Positions 1 to 11,778 of a DNA stretch of 64,000 bases are shown one piece after another. The stretch covers positions 1,472,001-1,536,000 of the forward strand of contig CAWJCS010000006.1 in the NCBI GenBank assembly GCA_963841435.1, written 5' to 3'. The DNA comes from an uncultured delta proteobacterium (lineage in GTDB: Bacteria; Myxococcota_A; Polyangia; Polyangiales; Polyangiaceae). A program made the position numbers and the translations under genes. The stretch's first letter is position 1. The number at the start of each line of letters is the position of its first letter. Below the pieces are notes generated by a model. That model saw only the letters and a list, made by a program, of their open reading frames with translations, had not been told where the DNA came from and ran no database searches.

Positions 1-397
1 CTTCGATGGCGGCTTCCTCCTCGTCGGGGAGCTTGAAGCCGTCCGGTCCGAACAGCTTGATGCCGTTGTCGGCGAAGGGGTTGTGGCTCGCGCTGATGAC
101 GACGCCGGCGTCGGCACGCATGCTCTGGGTGAGGTGGGCCACGGCGGGCGTCGGGATCGGGCCCGTGAGCATGACGCGGCCGCCCATGGCGCAGATGCCA
201 GCTGCGATCGCCGTCTCGAGCATGTAGCCGCTGAGGCGCGTGTCCTTGCCGATGACGATGCGTGGAATGTGCGAGCGCCCGCGCCGGGCCACGTACCCGA
301 TGGCTCGGCCGAGCCTGAGCGCCAGCTCCGGGGTCATCGGCTCCGCGCCCGCCCGACCCCGGATGCCGTCCGTCCCGAAAAGCTGCCGTTCGGCCAT
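1..397 (-). CDS. glmM: Phosphoglucosamine mutase, 5' part (runs off the window)
   Basis: Manual translation from ATG at 397: [14 protein letters not shown]...[12 protein letters not shown]...[26 protein letters not shown], with the SASHN phosphoserine motif. Absent from the ORF track because it is truncated. Confidence 0.95.
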   Translation of the reverse strand, partial: MAERQLFGTDGIRGRAGAEPMTPELALRLGRAIGYVARRGRSHIPRIVIGKDTRLSGYMLETAIAAGICAMGGRVMLTGPIPTPAVAHLTQSMRADAGVVISASHNPFADNGIKLFGPDGFKLPDEEEAAIE

Positions 398-399
398 CG

Positions 400-1629
400 T
401 CAGAGGGGAACTGCTGGATCGCCGGGCAGGTTGAGCAACAGCGCTCGCGCGGCGCCCACGAGGAAGATCGACCCTGTGACCACCACGACGCCGCGCGGCC
501 CGACGAGCGTCCGGGCTCGCTCGAGGGCGGCGCCCACGTCGGGTACGACCTCACCGCTCAGAAAACTCGCCATCTGTTGCGGATCGGCAGCGCGTGCGAC
601 GGGCGGCGCGACGTAAACACGATGGCCGGCGACGTGCTCGAGTCGGCGCAGCATGGAGCGCCAGTTCTTGGTGGACAGCGCGCCGAAGACGAGCGCGATC
701 TCGCGCCGTGATTCGATTTCCCCGAGCACGCTCGGGTCCAGGGAATGAGACAGCGCGACCGCGCCGTCCGGATTGTGCGCGCAGTCGAGCAGCGTGAGCT
801 CCTGGCCGTTGCGATGCAAAAGCTCGTTTCGCCCGGGCCACTGGGTTTGCTCGATGCCGTGCGCGAGCTCCTCCGACGAAATGCCGAGCTCGCGTCCGAT
901 CGTAACGGCAACGGCGAGGTTCGACCCGACGAGCGCCGTGCGGGGGTAGGCGAGGGGGGCACCGGGCACCGGTTCGGGCGGCCCGAGCGGCACGAGGCGC
1001 GCGCCGACCTCCTTTACGCGCGCTTCGACGACGGCGCGCGCCTCGGGGTGGAGCTTGCCCTGCACGACGGCGGAGCCCGGCTTGATGATCGCGGCCTTTT
1101 CGGCGGCGATCTTGCCGAGCGTGTCGCCAAGATCGACCATGTGATCGTAGGCGATGCGGGTCACCGCGGCCACGCGCGGAGGCGGGATGACGTTGGTCGC
1201 GTCCAAGCGCCCGCCGAGGCCGACCTCGATCACGCCGAGATCGACCTTGGCCTCGCGAAAGGCCACGAAGGCCGTGAGCGTCGCTACCTCGAAGAAAGTA
1301 AGCTCGGGCGCCGCGTCCAGCACCTGCACGAGTAGCCGCGCGAGATTGGCGTCGTCGATCGGCGCGCCGTCAATCTGGATGCGCTCGGCGAACTTCACGA
1401 GGTGCGGCGAGGTGTAGAGCCCGACGCGCCGCCCCGCTGCCTTGCCCATCGAGGCCGTAAACGCGGCGACGGTGCCCTTGCCGTTCGTCCCCGCGACGTG
1501 CACGGCCTCGAACGTCGCCTCCGGATTGCCGAAGCGCTGGCAAGCGGCCTGCATGCGCTCGAGCCCGAGCTTTTGACCCTGCGGGATGAGCTGGTAGAGC
1601 CGGCCCAGCGCCGTGGCGAGATCGCTCAT
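400..1629 (-). CDS. folC: Folylpolyglutamate synthase/dihydrofolate synthase
   Basis: [41 protein letters not shown] motifs; follows accD. Confidence 0.95.
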   Translation of the reverse strand: MSDLATALGRLYQLIPQGQKLGLERMQAACQRFGNPEATFEAVHVAGTNGKGTVAAFTASMGKAAGRRVGLYTSPHLVKFAERIQIDGAPIDDANLARLLVQVLDAAPELTFFEVATLTAFVAFREAKVDLGVIEVGLGGRLDATNVIPPPRVAAVTRIAYDHMVDLGDTLGKIAAEKAAIIKPGSAVVQGKLHPEARAVVEARVKEVGARLVPLGPPEPVPGAPLAYPRTALVGSNLAVAVTIGRELGISSEELAHGIEQTQWPGRNELLHRNGQELTLLDCAHNPDGAVALSHSLDPSVLGEIESRREIALVFGALSTKNWRSMLRRLEHVAGHRVYVAPPVARAADPQQMASFLSGEVVPDVGAALERARTLVGPRGVVVVTGSIFLVGAARALLLNLPGDPAVPL

Positions 1630-2474
1630 CGCGTCCGACCCCCGAGGTGGCCGAGCAGGACGCCGAGTGTCGATTTCAGCGCGGTGCGCTGCACGATGGA
1701 GTCGACCATGCCGTGGGAGACGAGGAAGTCGGAGCTCTGGAAGCCTTCCGGAAGCGTCGTGCGCAGCGTGCTCTCGATCACGCGCGGCCCGGCGAAGCCG
1801 ATGAGCGCGTTCGGCTCCGCGATGTTCACGTCGCCGAGCAGCGCCGTGCTGGCGGCGACGCCGCCCGTGGTCGGGTGGAGCAACACGCTCAGGTAGGGCT
1901 TTCGCGTGGAACGAAAACGCGACAGCGCGGCGACCGTCTTGGCCATCTGCATGAGGCTCAGAATGCCTTCCTGCATGCGCGCGCCCCCCGAGGAGTGCAA
2001 GAGCACGACCGGTAGCCGCGAGAGGCTCGCGCGCTCGAACAGGCGCGTGATTCGCTCCCCGACGACCGAGCCCATGCTGCCGCCCATGAAACCGAAGGCG
2101 AAGCAGCCGAAGGCCACGGGATGACTTTCGATCCTGCCCTGGCCGGTCTGAACCGCTTCGGTGAGGCCCGTGCTGCGCCGAGCACGCTCGAGGCGCTCGG
2201 GGTATGGCTTTCCGTCGTCGAACTTCAGGGGGTCCTCGGGAGCGATGTGGTCGTCCCAGACCTCGAGCGCTTCGTCATCGAGGAGTAGCCGGACCCACTC
2301 GCCGACCGACATCGGGTGATGGTGGCCGCACGCGCTGCAGACGTGCCAATCCGCGGCCATCTCCTCCACGGTGGAGACGGCGCCGCAGCCGACGCACTTG
2401 CGAAAAAGCCCACGACCGACCGAGCGCTTCTCGGCGTTGGTCGACTGAGCCGGGGTTCTTTCTGGGAGAGCCAC
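1626..2474 (-). CDS. accD: Acetyl-CoA carboxylase carboxyltransferase beta subunit
   Basis: CxxC...CxxC zinc finger, FMGGSMGSVVGE, SGGARMQEG, PTTGGV, GFAGPRVIE. Confidence 0.95.
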   Translation of the reverse strand: MALPERTPAQSTNAEKRSVGRGLFRKCVGCGAVSTVEEMAADWHVCSACGHHHPMSVGEWVRLLLDDEALEVWDDHIAPEDPLKFDDGKPYPERLERARRSTGLTEAVQTGQGRIESHPVAFGCFAFGFMGGSMGSVVGERITRLFERASLSRLPVVLLHSSGGARMQEGILSLMQMAKTVAALSRFRSTRKPYLSVLLHPTTGGVAASTALLGDVNIAEPNALIGFAGPRVIESTLRTTLPEGFQSSDFLVSHGMVDSIVQRTALKSTLGVLLGHLGGRTR

Positions 2475-2624
2475 GCGTGAACGGAAAGTCTAGACCAAAC
2501 CAGGGGCATTTCGAACGCCCCGGGGACTGGTTTTCTGGGCTCGGTGCCCGGGGTGGGGCGCCCGGAGCCCACGGCTCGACGCCCGAGGGCGCCTTCTCAT
2601 CACGGCACCCTTTTCGTAGCACGG

Positions 2625-5300
2625 ATGTCCCCCTTGAGGGGGACGAGGATTGGGGGGACACTCCCGCCCGCGTTGAGCGAAGAACCCCCTCCAAGCTCGG
2701 CCGCAGAGCTCGGCCGTGCGCCCGTGATCGGCCGGGACGGCGAGCTCGCGCTCCTCAAGCAAATCTACGATTCGGTGCTTGCCCGCGGGGAAGCACGGGT
2801 GGCGACCTTGGTTGGCCCGGCCGGGATCGGCAAGACCCGGCTCGCGGAGGAGCTCGTGCGCGTGCTGCCGGAGAGCCGAACGCCCAGAGTCTACCGCGGT
2901 GCGGCTCGGGTCCAAGGGCTCACTTACGGGCTCTTCGACAGTTTGTTGCGCTCGCGCTTTGCGCTCGGCGAGGGGCAGAGCTCGGGACCGAGCGTCGATG
3001 CCGTGCGGGACAAGCTCGCGGCGGTCCACGACGACCGGCGGGTTGGGGACGTCGCGTATTTCCTCGGTGGCCTCATGGGGATCCCTTTCCCCGAGAGCCC
3101 GTTCACGCGCGCCGTCACCGACGACGCGGTTCAGGCCCGCCTCATCCGCCGCGCGGTGCTGCGAAGCTTCTTCGAGGCGGACGCTGCGCGCGGACCGCTG
3201 TGTCTGGTCGTCGACAACCTCGGCGACGCCGACGAAGATTCGCTCGACCTTCTCGTTTACCTGCTCGAGGAGACGAAGGGGCCAATCCTCTTTTTGTGCC
3301 TCGCACGTCCGGAGCTCTTGAGCCGGCACGAACGCTGGTCTCAGGCTGCGGGGTCGCGACACGACCTCGTGGAGCTCTCCCCGGTACCGAGCGCCGACGC
3401 CCGGGCCATCATGCAAGCCTTGCTGGCACCGTGCGAGGGCGGCCCGCCCGAGCGGTTGCTCGAGGCCGGGCTCGGCATGGCGGGTGGCAACCCCGGCCTG
3501 CTAAAGCACATGGTGCGGATCTTCCACGACTCCGGCGTGCTCCACGACGCCGGGGAGAAAGCCGGGCGGCCCGTCTGGCGGGTCGATCTCGATCGGCTGG
3601 CGCAGGCCCGGCTCCCACTGACGGTGGAGGATGCGGTGGCGGCGCGCCTCGCCGTGCTCTCGCCCGTGGAGCGGCGACTGCTCGAGCATGCTGCAGCCAT
3701 GGGCAGCGTGTTCTGGCTCGGCGGCCTCGTGGCGCTCGCGCGCATGGATCGCGAGCCGCCCGACTTCTGGAACCTCGGTGCCGAAAGTGACGTTGCTGAC
3801 ATCGAGCGCCTGCTCGCCGAGCTCGTGCAGCGCGACTACGTGCTCAGGCTGCCGGATTCGGCGTTCCCCGGCGAGGTCGAATACGTCTTCAAGCACAACC
3901 TCGAGCGCGAACGCATCGCCCAGCTGATTTCCCCCGCTGCGAGCCGCAGGCGACACCAGACCATCGCCGACTGGCTCGCGCAGAAGGACAACGTGCGAAG
4001 CCAGGAGGAGTACTCGGCGATGCTGGCGCGCCACCTCGAGCTCGCGGGCTGCCTCACCCGAGCCGCGTTCACGTACATCGATTCGGGTACCATCGCGCGC
4101 GCTCAATACGCCGCCAAGCGCGCCAACGAGCACTACCGGCGCGGCCTCGAGCTGCTCGGCGAGGACGACGCCCGCCGCCGGCTCGACGCGCTGCACGATC
4201 ACGGCGACGTGATGACGCTGCTCGGCCGCACCGACGAAGCGCTCTCGGCGTTCCGCGAGATGCTGGCGCTCGCCTACCGCTTGGGCCTCAAGGGCAAGGG
4301 CGGCGCGGCCCACAACCGCATCGGCCGCCTGCACCGAGACACGGGGTCCTTGTCACTCGCGAGCGATCACCTCGAGCGCGGGCTCGAGCTTTTCGCGGCA
4401 GTCGGCGACCAGCGCGGCATCGCCGCGAGCCACGACGACATCGGGAAGCTGCTCTGGATGCGGGGCGAATACGAGCCCGCGCTCGACCAGCTGCGCACGG
4501 CGCTCGACATGCGAAAAGCGCTCGGCGACGGTCGTTCGATCGCGCTCAGCCTCAACAACATCGGCCTCGTGTGGCGCGATCACGGCCAGCAAGCGCAGGC
4601 GCGCGAGGCGCTCGAGGCGTCGCTCGCCATTCGCCGCGAGCTCAACGACCTCTTGGGGGTCGTGGCGAGCCTCAACGATCTCGGCGATCTGGCGCTCGAC
4701 CAGGGCAACTCCGAAGCCGCGCTCGCCCTGTTTCGCGAGGCGCACACCGTCGCGCACGAGGTCGGCGAGCACAATCGCATGGCGGCCGTCCTCACCAACA
4801 TCGGCGATGCCCTTTTGCGCCTGCACCGGACCGAAGAAGCGATCGTCGTGCTCACGGAGGCGGAGGGTCTGTGCGACGAAACGGGCGACAAACTGCACCT
4901 CGCCGAAGCCAAGCGAGGCCTCGCCAAGGCCTACCTCGCGCAGAAGGACCTCAAGCGCGCGCGCGACTCGATCAAACGCGCGGTCGACCTGCTCGGGCAA
5001 GTGCGTAGCAAGCCGCACCTCGCCGTGGCCCTGCGCACGCTCGGCGAGGTCACGGGTGCGGGCGCGTGGGGCGACGGGCACGAGGTGAAGGCCGTGGACT
5101 ACTTCATGCGCTCGATCGCGATCTGCAAGGAGATCGGCAACGAGCTCGAAGTGGCGAAGAGCTACCGCGCGTTTTCGAGCTACGTCTTCGGCTCGGCTCA
5201 CTACAAGCACAACGCCGACATCCAACGCGAGGCGAAGAAGCTCGAGTCGATGGCCGACGAGATCTTCCAGCGCCACAAAATCGTCGGGTCACGGCCGTGA
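2625..5300 (+). CDS. AAA/STAND-like ATPase with C-terminal TPR repeats
   Basis: IGRDGEL, Walker A GPAGIGKT, Walker B-like LVVDNL, GGNP, YVFKH, then repeated SLNNIG/TNIG-type TPR helices; start uncertain (2544 or 2625). Confidence 0.8.
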   Translation: MSPLRGTRIGGTLPPALSEEPPPSSAAELGRAPVIGRDGELALLKQIYDSVLARGEARVATLVGPAGIGKTRLAEELVRVLPESRTPRVYRGAARVQGLTYGLFDSLLRSRFALGEGQSSGPSVDAVRDKLAAVHDDRRVGDVAYFLGGLMGIPFPESPFTRAVTDDAVQARLIRRAVLRSFFEADAARGPLCLVVDNLGDADEDSLDLLVYLLEETKGPILFLCLARPELLSRHERWSQAAGSRHDLVELSPVPSADARAIMQALLAPCEGGPPERLLEAGLGMAGGNPGLLKHMVRIFHDSGVLHDAGEKAGRPVWRVDLDRLAQARLPLTVEDAVAARLAVLSPVERRLLEHAAAMGSVFWLGGLVALARMDREPPDFWNLGAESDVADIERLLAELVQRDYVLRLPDSAFPGEVEYVFKHNLERERIAQLISPAASRRRHQTIADWLAQKDNVRSQEEYSAMLARHLELAGCLTRAAFTYIDSGTIARAQYAAKRANEHYRRGLELLGEDDARRRLDALHDHGDVMTLLGRTDEALSAFREMLALAYRLGLKGKGGAAHNRIGRLHRDTGSLSLASDHLERGLELFAAVGDQRGIAASHDDIGKLLWMRGEYEPALDQLRTALDMRKALGDGRSIALSLNNIGLVWRDHGQQAQAREALEASLAIRRELNDLLGVVASLNDLGDLALDQGNSEAALALFREAHTVAHEVGEHNRMAAVLTNIGDALLRLHRTEEAIVVLTEAEGLCDETGDKLHLAEAKRGLAKAYLAQKDLKRARDSIKRAVDLLGQVRSKPHLAVALRTLGEVTGAGAWGDGHEVKAVDYFMRSIAICKEIGNELEVAKSYRAFSSYVFGSAHYKHNADIQREAKKLESMADEIFQRHKIVGSRP

Positions 5301-5746
5301 GCGAGCCTGTCCGGCTACGCGTCCAGCGGGTCGGCCCCGTCGCCGTGCCGCTCCCCGAGTACCAGACCGCGGGCTCGGCAGGCATGGATCTCCGTGCGGC
5401 CGTCGAAGCCTCCGTCACCCTCTCACCCGGCGAGCGTCGGCTGATCCCGACTGGCCTCGCGCTCGAGATCCCCGTCGGCTTCGAAGGCCAGGTGAGGCCC
5501 CGGTCGGGGCTGGCTCTGCGGCACGGCATCGGCATGGTGAACGCCCCGGGCACGATCGACAGCGACTATCGCGGGCCCGTCGGGGTCCTGCTCGTGAACC
5601 TCGGGGAGGAGCCGTTCGTCGTCGAGCCGCTCGCTCGAATCGCGCAGCTCGTCGTCGCGCGCGTCGAGCGCGCCGAGCTCGAGGTCGCTACCGATCTCGC
5701 CGGGACCGTGCGGGGCGGGGGAGGCTTCGGCTCGACGGGAAGCTAG
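5297..5746 (+). CDS. dut: dUTP diphosphatase
   Basis: [45 protein letters not shown] start overlaps the upstream TGA. Confidence 0.95.
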   Translation: MSEPVRLRVQRVGPVAVPLPEYQTAGSAGMDLRAAVEASVTLSPGERRLIPTGLALEIPVGFEGQVRPRSGLALRHGIGMVNAPGTIDSDYRGPVGVLLVNLGEEPFVVEPLARIAQLVVARVERAELEVATDLAGTVRGGGGFGSTGS

Positions 5747-5762
5747 CTGGTTCTCCCGGTCG

Positions 5763-7199
5763 TCAGCCTTCGCCGCGCTTGATGCCGTACGTGCGGATCT
5801 TCTTGTGCAAGTTCGTGCGCTCGACGCCGAGCGTGACGGCCGCCTTGGAAACGTTCCACTCGAGCTCCATCAACGTGTCGACGATGTAGCGGCGCTCGGC
5901 GATTTCTCGATGCTCGCGCAACGTGGGGCGTTCACCGGGGGCACGGGAAGTGAGTGGCGCGGGGGTGTCGTCGTCTTCGTCGAAGGGGCTCTGGTGGGGG
6001 TCCTCGGGAAGGTCCGCGATCGTGATAACGTCGCCTGCAAGAATCACGGCGCGCTCGACGACGTTCTTCAGCTCCCGCACGTTGCCGGGAAAGCTCCGTA
6101 GCGTGAGCGCCTCGAGCACCCTCGGCTCGATCTTTTTCGTCTTGAGGCCGTTTTCCTGGCAGAAAGCGGCGACGAAGGCCTGGGCGAGCTGTGGAATGTC
6201 CTCGCGTCGCTCGCGCAATGCCGGACAGCGCATCGGGAAAACCTCGAGACGAAAATAGAGGTCCTCGCGGAAGCCGCCGCTGGCAACCTCCTTGGTGAGG
6301 TCCTTGTTCGTGGCTGCGAGCACGCGCACGTCGACCCGCAGGACTTGCTCCGAACCGAGCCGCACGATCTCCCCGTTTTGCAGGGCGCGTAGCACCTTGG
6401 CCTGCGCCACGAGATCCATGTCGCCGATCTCGTCCAAAAACAGCGTGCCGCCGTGCGCTTGCTCGAAGAGGCCTCGCTTTCTGGCCTGTGCGCCGGTGAA
6501 GGCCCCGCGCTCGTGCCCGAACAGCTCGCTCTCGATCAGATCGCGCGGGATGGCGGCGCAGTTGACGCGGACGAACGACTCGTCGCGGCGCGGGCTCAGG
6601 CGGTGGATGGCGCGGCTCACGAGCTCCTTGCCGGTGCCGCTCTCACCCGTGATGAGCACGCTGGCGCGCGTCGGCGCCACCTTGTCGATCTGCTGGTACA
6701 CCCGCTGCATCGAAGCGCTGGTGCCGATCATCTCGTAGCGGGTCTCGAGCTCGGCCCGCAGCCTCGTGACCGTGCGACTCAGGCGCGCGGTGCGCACCGA
6801 GTTGCCGACGCTCACGAGGATGCGCTCGCGATTCAGCGGCTTCTCGAAGAAATCGCTCGCGCCGAGCTTGATCGCCAAGACCGCGTCCTGGACGGTCGCG
6901 TGACCGCTCACGACGATGACCGGCAGCTCGCGCGTCGCCTCTTCGGCGCGCAGCCGCTCGAGCACCTGAAGGCCGCTCAGGCCCGGCAGCTTCAGATCGA
7001 GCACCGCGACGTCGATCGGCCTGTCGGCGCGGGCGAGCGCCTCGAGTGCCTGCTCCCCGGACTCGGCCTCGACCACCTGGTAGCCGTCGCCGCCGAGCAC
7101 CATCGACAAGGTGCGGCGAATGTTCTTCTCGTCGTCCACGACGAGCACGGTGGTCCGTGCGGGGGACAGCGGGTTCTGCTCGTGCGGCGCTTCGCTCAT
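5763..7199 (-). CDS. Sigma54-dependent response regulator (NtrC/NtrX family)
   Basis: Receiver domain (VVDDE, LDLKLP), GESGTGKE, GAFTGA, LFLDEIG, FPGNVREL, Fis-type HTH. Confidence 0.93.
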   Translation of the reverse strand: MSEAPHEQNPLSPARTTVLVVDDEKNIRRTLSMVLGGDGYQVVEAESGEQALEALARADRPIDVAVLDLKLPGLSGLQVLERLRAEEATRELPVIVVSGHATVQDAVLAIKLGASDFFEKPLNRERILVSVGNSVRTARLSRTVTRLRAELETRYEMIGTSASMQRVYQQIDKVAPTRASVLITGESGTGKELVSRAIHRLSPRRDESFVRVNCAAIPRDLIESELFGHERGAFTGAQARKRGLFEQAHGGTLFLDEIGDMDLVAQAKVLRALQNGEIVRLGSEQVLRVDVRVLAATNKDLTKEVASGGFREDLYFRLEVFPMRCPALRERREDIPQLAQAFVAAFCQENGLKTKKIEPRVLEALTLRSFPGNVRELKNVVERAVILAGDVITIADLPEDPHQSPFDEDDDTPAPLTSRAPGERPTLREHREIAERRYIVDTLMELEWNVSKAAVTLGVERTNLHKKIRTYGIKRGEG

Positions 7200-7226
7200 C
7201 TGGGCCCTCCGAGCACCCCCGCCGCG

Positions 7227-8084
7227 TCAATTCACGGGGCGGGGCGACGCCCCACGGGCGTCGAGCACCGCGAGCAATCGGGTCGCCGGCTCGACGAACG
7301 GGCTTGCCGGATAGTCCGAGAGCACGCGCTTCAAGGCCTTGCGGGCCTTCGCGGGATCCTTTTGCTTCATGTAGATCTCGCCGAGCAGGACGAGGGTCTC
7401 CGCCTCGAGTCCGGTTCGATCGAACGCGTTGAGCGCGTGCTCGCAGCGCGCCACGGCAGCGGGAAACTCGTCACGCGCGAGGTAGAAGCGCGCAACGTAG
7501 AGCTCGTGGCGACCGAGCAACCCCACGACGACTGCCCGCATGTAGCGCAGCTCCGCGTCGTAGGGGCTCTTCGGGTAATCCACGAAAAACTCGCGAATCG
7601 TCGCGAGCGCGTCGTTCACGGCCGCCAGGTCGCGCTCCTCGAGCGGGGGCATCAGCACGGACTGGCTCACCGACTGATACTGGGCCTTGGCGACGTGGAA
7701 GCGCGCATAGGGCACCTCCGGGTCGTTCGGGTAGTCGTGGGTGAACGCCTTGTAGCCGGTGACGGCTTCGGCAAACTTCTCCTGCGCCAGATCGGCGTCC
7801 GCGAGCCTGAGCTCCGCGAGGCGCGCGTAGCGGCTATAGCCGTACTTGCGACGCACCTCACCGAGCGTCTCCGCGGCGCCCTCCCAGTTCTCGGACTCGA
7901 CCTCGCTCACGCCCTTCTCGTACTCGCGGCGTGCGTTCTCGGTGTACTCGAGGGCCGATTGGGGCGGTCGCGCGGGCTCCGCGCACGCCGTGAGGAAGAG
8001 GGCGCCCAGCAGGGCGGCGAGCACCCCCGTCGAGACGCCGGGCAGCCTGAGGGCTGCCAGCGAGACGCGTGATCCGGTGGGCAT
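7227..8084 (-). CDS. bamD: Outer membrane protein assembly factor BamD
   Basis: Lipobox LTAC; TPR pattern [38 protein letters not shown]. Confidence 0.88.
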   Translation of the reverse strand: MPTGSRVSLAALRLPGVSTGVLAALLGALFLTACAEPARPPQSALEYTENARREYEKGVSEVESENWEGAAETLGEVRRKYGYSRYARLAELRLADADLAQEKFAEAVTGYKAFTHDYPNDPEVPYARFHVAKAQYQSVSQSVLMPPLEERDLAAVNDALATIREFFVDYPKSPYDAELRYMRAVVVGLLGRHELYVARFYLARDEFPAAVARCEHALNAFDRTGLEAETLVLLGEIYMKQKDPAKARKALKRVLSDYPASPFVEPATRLLAVLDARGASPRPVN

Positions 8085-8207
8085 TGGGACCGGTCCGTAG
8101 CTTCTCGGGACCGGCGCGGCAAGCCGCCTGGCTCGGGGACCGGGTCGGGGGCGATTCGGGCTGGCGCGGGCCGGACGGGCGGAGGTAAAGAGGGAAGCGA
8201 GCCTCGG

Positions 8208-8681
8208 ATGCACGACAAGGTACCGATGACGCCGCACGGGGCGCAAAAGCTCAAGGACGAGCTCGTGCGCCTCAAGGAAGAACGCCCCAGGATCTCGCGT
8301 GAGATCGGGGTGGCGCGCGAGCACGGTGACCTCAGCGAGAACGCGGAGTACCACGCCGCCAAGGAGCGACAGGGCCTCGTCGAGGCCCGCATCAAGGACA
8401 TCGAGGACAAGCTTTCCCGTGCCGAGGTGATCGACCCGGCGAAGCTCGGCGGTGACCGCGTGCGCTTCGGGGCGACCGTCGTGCTCACGAACCTCGACAC
8501 CGACGAGGAGAGCACTTATCGAATCGTCGGCGCCGACGAGGCCGACGTCGATCAAGGATTGATCTCCGTGTCCGCGCCGCTTGCGCGCGCGCTGATCGGC
8601 AAGTCGATTGGCGACGAGGTCGTCGTTCAGCTCCCGGCGGGCACGCGCCGCTACGAGATCGGCAGCATCGAGTTTCACTGA
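8208..8681 (+). CDS. greA: Transcription elongation factor GreA
   Basis: [38 protein letters not shown]. Confidence 0.96.
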   Translation: MHDKVPMTPHGAQKLKDELVRLKEERPRISREIGVAREHGDLSENAEYHAAKERQGLVEARIKDIEDKLSRAEVIDPAKLGGDRVRFGATVVLTNLDTDEESTYRIVGADEADVDQGLISVSAPLARALIGKSIGDEVVVQLPAGTRRYEIGSIEFH

Positions 8682-8689
8682 CCCGAAGC

Positions 8690-11600
8690 GTGATCCGGCG
8701 CGTCGCTGTCTTCGTCCTCACGGCGCAGGTCTTCGCCCTCGCGGAGCTCGGCGTGGTGCTCTTCGTCGAGCAGGGGCGTATCGCGAGCGTGTGGGAGAGC
8801 CACATGGGGGCGATCTGGCTCGCGCCGACGCTGCTCGTGGCGGCGGCCCTCGTCGGTGCCTTCGCCGCTTTTTTCGACCGCGCGCTCTTCGGCCCCCGGC
8901 CTCTTCATCGGCTTGTCAGCGGCGTGCTCACGGGCGTGCTCGGGCTTTTGGTGGGCTACGGTGTGGGCGGCGGGCGCCATCTCGAAAAACCCGGAATACG
9001 GCTGGGTTTCGCGCTTCTCGTGGCCGCACTGGGGGTCTTCACGGTGCTCGCGCTACGCGGGCCCGCCGCTCGACTGAGGGAGCGCCGGCCGCTTCTTTTC
9101 TCGGGCCTGCTCTTCGCGGCCGGCATGGTCGGCGAGCTCGTCAACCGCTTCGTGCTCGTGCGGCTGTACCCTGCCTTCCACGCCGGGCTCGGCGTGCTTT
9201 CGCTCGTGTTTGCGTCGCTCGCGCTCGGCCCCTTCGCGCTGAAGCTCGCGGCCCCGCGGCGTCCCATCGTGTGGCTCTCGCTCGGCGCGGCGCTGCTCGT
9301 CGTGCTCGCGCTCGCGATCGTGCCCTCGGCTCGCCGCCTCGCCCACTTCGATAACTTCCGGCTCGTGCTGCTCGACGCGGCGCCGCTCGCGGGGCAGGCC
9401 GTGGCGCTCGCCGCGTTCGTCTCGCCGCCGCCGCCCTGGCAAAACGATGTCTGCGCCGACGCCCCGGATTGCGCCGAGGCAAAGCCGCCCGCCGCCGGCT
9501 CCCACGCGCTCGACCTCCGCGGCCGGGACATCTTGCTCGTCACGATCGACGCGCTACGCGCCGACCATGTCGGCGCTTACGGCTACCGTCGCCCGACCAC
9601 GCCCAACATCGACAAGCTCGCGCAGAGCGGCGTCGTGTTCGAGCACGCCTATACCCCGACGCCGCACACCTCCTATGCCGTCACCTCACTGATGACGGGC
9701 AAATACATGCGCCCCCTGTTGCTGCAGGGGATGGGCGCCGATTCGGACACCTTCGCGGGGCTCCTGCGCACGTACGGCTACCGCACGGCCGCGTTCTACC
9801 CGCCCGCCGTGTTCTTCATCGACGCCGCGCGCTTCAAGAGCTTCAGCGACCGCGCGCTCGACTTCGAGTATCGCTGGGTCGAGTTTACCGAAGGACCGGC
9901 GCGCGTGGCTCAGGTCGAGCGGTATCTTTCCGAAACGAAGCCCGAGCACCGGCTCTTTCTGTGGGTGCACCTGTTCGCGCCGCACGAGCCGTACGAGGCC
10001 CATCCCGAGCACCCCTTCGGCGATCGGGACGTCGACCGCTACGACGCGGAGGTGGCTTTCGCCGACGCGACCCTGGGCGCCATCGTGAAGGATTTTCGGC
10101 GCCTCCGGCCGAGCTCGCTCGTCATGGTCACCGCGGATCACGGCGAAGAGTTCGGCGACCACGGCGGGCACTACCATGGCACCACGGTGTACGAGGAGCA
10201 GGTGCGCGTGCCGCTCGTCGTGGCCGGTGAGGGCCTCGAGACGCGCCGCGTCCGTGAGCCCGTTTCGCTGGTCGATCTCTTGCCGACGGTGCTCGCCGGG
10301 CTCGAAATCCCCCGTCCACCGCGGCTGCGCGGCAGAGACCTCGGGCCGCTGCTCGTCGGCAAGGTCGGCGAGGGGCGGGGGCTCGCGTACGCCGAGACGG
10401 AGCAGCAGGCTTTGCTCGCCAGTGGCCCGCTCCGGCTGCTCTGCCAGCGACGCATCGGCGCCTGCGAGCTCTTCGATCTGGCCGCCGATCCCGGCGAGAC
10501 CCAGGATAAATCGGCTGAGCGCCCGCGCGAGCGCGACGCGCTGCGCAAGAGGCTTGCCGAGATTGGCGCGTCGCACGGTCGCTACGAGGTGGGCGGGCTG
10601 CGTGCCGAAGGCAAGGGTTGGCCGGCTCCGATACGGCGGGCGCTGGCGGGTGACGGTGACGCCGCGCCCGAGCTTGCCGAGTTGCTCGAAGACGCCGATC
10701 TCGAGGTGCGCAAGAAGGCGGCAGAGCTGCTGTTCGAGCTGCGTCGCCCCGAATCGGCCCCGGCGCTCCGGCTCTCGCTCGCCCGCGAAGAGAACGCCGG
10801 CGTGCGGGCCTGGGAGGCGCTCGCGCTCACGCGGCTGGGGCAGGGCGCACCGCTGGTCGCCGAGCTGCTCGACGGGCCGGACCGACGGCTCTCGCGCCTC
10901 GCGGCTCTGGCCCTTGGCGAAGCGGGTGACCGGCGCGGCGAAGCGCTGCTCGTCGCGTGGTGGCAAGACCCAGAGCCTCGCGATTTCGAACGCTCGCGCC
11001 AGATCCTGGAAGTGTTCGGTGCCCTTCGCACGAAGAGCGCCGTGTGGCCACTCGTGCAGAGCCTCTCCGACGTGCGGCTGCGGCCGTACATCGCCCGCGT
11101 CCTCGCGCGCATCGGGGACGACATCGCGCTGAACCCCCTGCTTACGGCGTTCGCCGACGAGCGGCTCTCGAGCACGCGCGTGGCGCTCGCTGAAGCGCTC
11201 GTGGAGCTCGGGGCGCGGGAGGAGCTCGCCGTGTCGCTGCGCCGCTTCCTCGGCGTGCCGGACCCACTCCCGGGAGGGCTTGCGATCGCCGAGCGCGCGC
11301 GGATCCTCGAGTACGTCGGGGGACCGAAGCCGCGCGACCTCACGAGGCTCAGGCAAAACGCGGGTCTGGGTCAGGCCATCGAGGTCGTCGTGCCCGTCGG
11401 CGACGCCGCGCGCGGGTTGCGCGTCCTCGTGCGCGCCAAGAGCGCCGGCCCGACGCCGGGCGAGGTGATCGTGCAGCTCGGGCAGGCACCTCATCACCTT
11501 CGATCGCGAGGGCAAGGCCAAACGCCGCCGCGGCGTCCCACCGCTCGACTCCGAGCGGGCGGTCCGGGTCACCATCCCCGTGGGCGAGGAGCCCGTCGAG

Positions 11601-11753
11601 GTGGCAGCTCCCGTCCCCTCGAGCCTCGGCCTGAGGCCCGGCGTCAGCGCGGACCTGGTGGTCTACGCGAGCACGGGCGTGACGCTTTCCTCCCTCGCCG
11701 TGCTCCCGCTCAGAGAAGAGCTGCCGCCCCCGCCCCCCAAGCCGTGGAAGTAG
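8690..11753 (+). CDS. Membrane-anchored sulfatase-family (alkaline phosphatase superfamily) protein with HEAT-like repeats; 1-nt frameshift near 11480
   Basis: Several N-terminal TM helices, ITIDALRADH-like LVTIDALRADH, TTPNID, HLFAPHEPY, TADHGEEFGDHG, VRVPL; HEAT-like helices. After about 11480 a codon-biased frame continues RHLITFDREG...EELPPPPPKPWK to TAG at 11753. Confidence 0.82.
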
Positions 11754-11778
11754 GGGTTTTGTGGTATAGGGCCCCGCC

